Part shown: positions 63,901 through 64,000 of the stretch, in pieces
Position numbering within the stretch: position 1 is the first letter of the stretch
Layout of the letters: each line of letters opens with the position of its first letter
NCBI GenBank assembly: GCA_038207335.1
Contig: JBBQZX010000029.1
Coordinates: 1-64,000 of the forward strand
DNA: 64,000 nt
Direction: 5' to 3'
DNA from: Chthoniobacterales bacterium
GTDB lineage: Bacteria; Verrucomicrobiota; Verrucomicrobiia; Chthoniobacterales; Chthoniobacteraceae
Position numbers and translations under genes: made by a program
The notes under the pieces: generated by a model
The model's input: only the letters and a program-made list of their open reading frames with translations
Told to the model about the DNA's origin: nothing
Database searches by the model: none

Positions 63901-64000
63901 CGGCGGGGCGAGCTTCGATGAAAGCATCCGGCTCGAGCCAACACAAATCGCCGGCTTCAATCAGTCGTATCGGACGCTCATTTCGGAATCGGTTGCCGGC
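60929..64000 (+). CDS. FecR-domain + TPR + TonB-receptor-like beta-barrel protein, 3'-truncated by the window edge (absent from the supplied ORF track)
   Basis: Manual translation: signal peptide, DKLRTGEFSRA...IRTPAVNGALRGTEF...FEGEV (FecR), TPRs (ALAPRNAQAH, ELDPNDPTPWLY), LNDNRRVYRSQFLLDQD, barrel strands SLYAYDIW...SPKLGFILTP...TIRGAY. Confidence 0.85.
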   Translation, partial: MTLPFSRAVWCVALLMLSPCAHSQQAPAQFAELVEKEETVEMQKPGTAWKVADKGAKLAIKDKLRTGEFSRAVVRLLDLNLLRVDELSTIEISAPLSPGGKGTLEVKQGGTYFFSREKAQEMQIRTPAVNGALRGTEFALRVAENGRTVLTMFEGEVELSNPQGRVLLKSGEQGDVEVGGVPRKTAVIDAVNIIQWCLYYPGVLDPAGLGLSAGEERELTASLAAYRAGDLLGALAKHPHARVDGSMGARLYRAAVLLSVGQVEKARAAMVSVPPTHPGRRALEEVIAAVKFQEWPRGPAPQTSSEWLAESYYQQSRSSLEPALAAARKAVELSPEFGFAWTRVAELEFSFGRTAPSLKALERGLALAPRNAQAHALRGFLRSAQNRIGAARESFDEAIALDGALGNAWLGRGLTFIRQGYADAGRHDLQTAAVLEPNRSILRSYLGKAFSQTGNDAKARNEFARAEELDPNDPTPWLYSAIQNKQENRYNAAVRDVEKSIDLNDNRRVYRSQFLLDQDRGVRGTNLAAIYLNEGMRDVSVREAVRAVDSDYSSAAAHLFLANSYDALRDPTRVLLRYETPWFSELLLANLLAPVGGGPLSQFVSQQEYSKLFEADGFGISSVSDYFSTGEFRETGSQYGTFGNLSYALDAEYQSDNGRRPNSAIQRLETYATFKLQISPQDTVFFQTKFEDLHTGDVLQRYDATGRGQSAADRTLDFREKQTPALLLLGLHHEWSPGIHTLLLFGRLANEQALTADSTSQTIATRDSTGRVSADSLAKGGGSVTYGDVLGALERNAAGRGSVRSFGGLPFDFSYHPKFETFTGELNQIVTAGPMTFIVGGRYQSGEFHTKDELLHSRDVTGLRPRGTSPRAQLRVTAAGATVQIPKSVSRTQLSLNRESLSEFFGEPPASDDVTVDFHRLSLYAYDIWRLAPWLSFTAGVGFDQIEYPENFRSPPVDDRTTEFDRVSPKLGFILTPLRGTTIRGAYTESIGGASFDESIRLEPTQIAGFNQSYRTLISESVAG

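Overview
A GC-rich bacterial chromosomal window. Gene order and the style of the surface proteins suggest Verrucomicrobiota, probably Chthoniobacterales-like (inference). Most of it is housekeeping: treY, rpmE-prfA-prmC-murA, leuB, recR, rnhA, tyrS, cysE plus a cysteine desulfurase, argS, glgA, coaD-yceD-rpmF-plsX-fabH, cimA, uppP, glnB and tRNA-Leu(TAG). It also carries a urea-utilisation operon (outer-membrane barrel, urtABCDE, a mini HupE/UreJ-like ORF, ureABCEF, with no ureG/ureD) behind a candidate sigma-54 promoter. The most unusual elements are: (1) a three-gene envelope locus next to the tRNA, comprising a membrane-anchored helical protein, a ~1976-aa propeller/Calx-beta/serine-protease surface protein with an unassigned C-terminal domain, and a FecR-TPR-beta-barrel protein that runs off the window; (2) a membrane class III cyclase homologue with its catalytic residues changed to Glu; (3) a 410-bp insertion between urtB and urtC with 21-bp tandem repeats that keeps translational coupling; (4) a 14-blade FG-GAP surface-protein gene broken by a 1-bp deletion; (5) a decayed island between tRNA-Leu and a degenerate copy of its 3' end; (6) GTAG-type REP-like and heptamer-based inverted intergenic repeats; (7) multi-kb G/T versus C strand-skew patches. 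All family assignments are from motif recognition by eye; no database searches were run.
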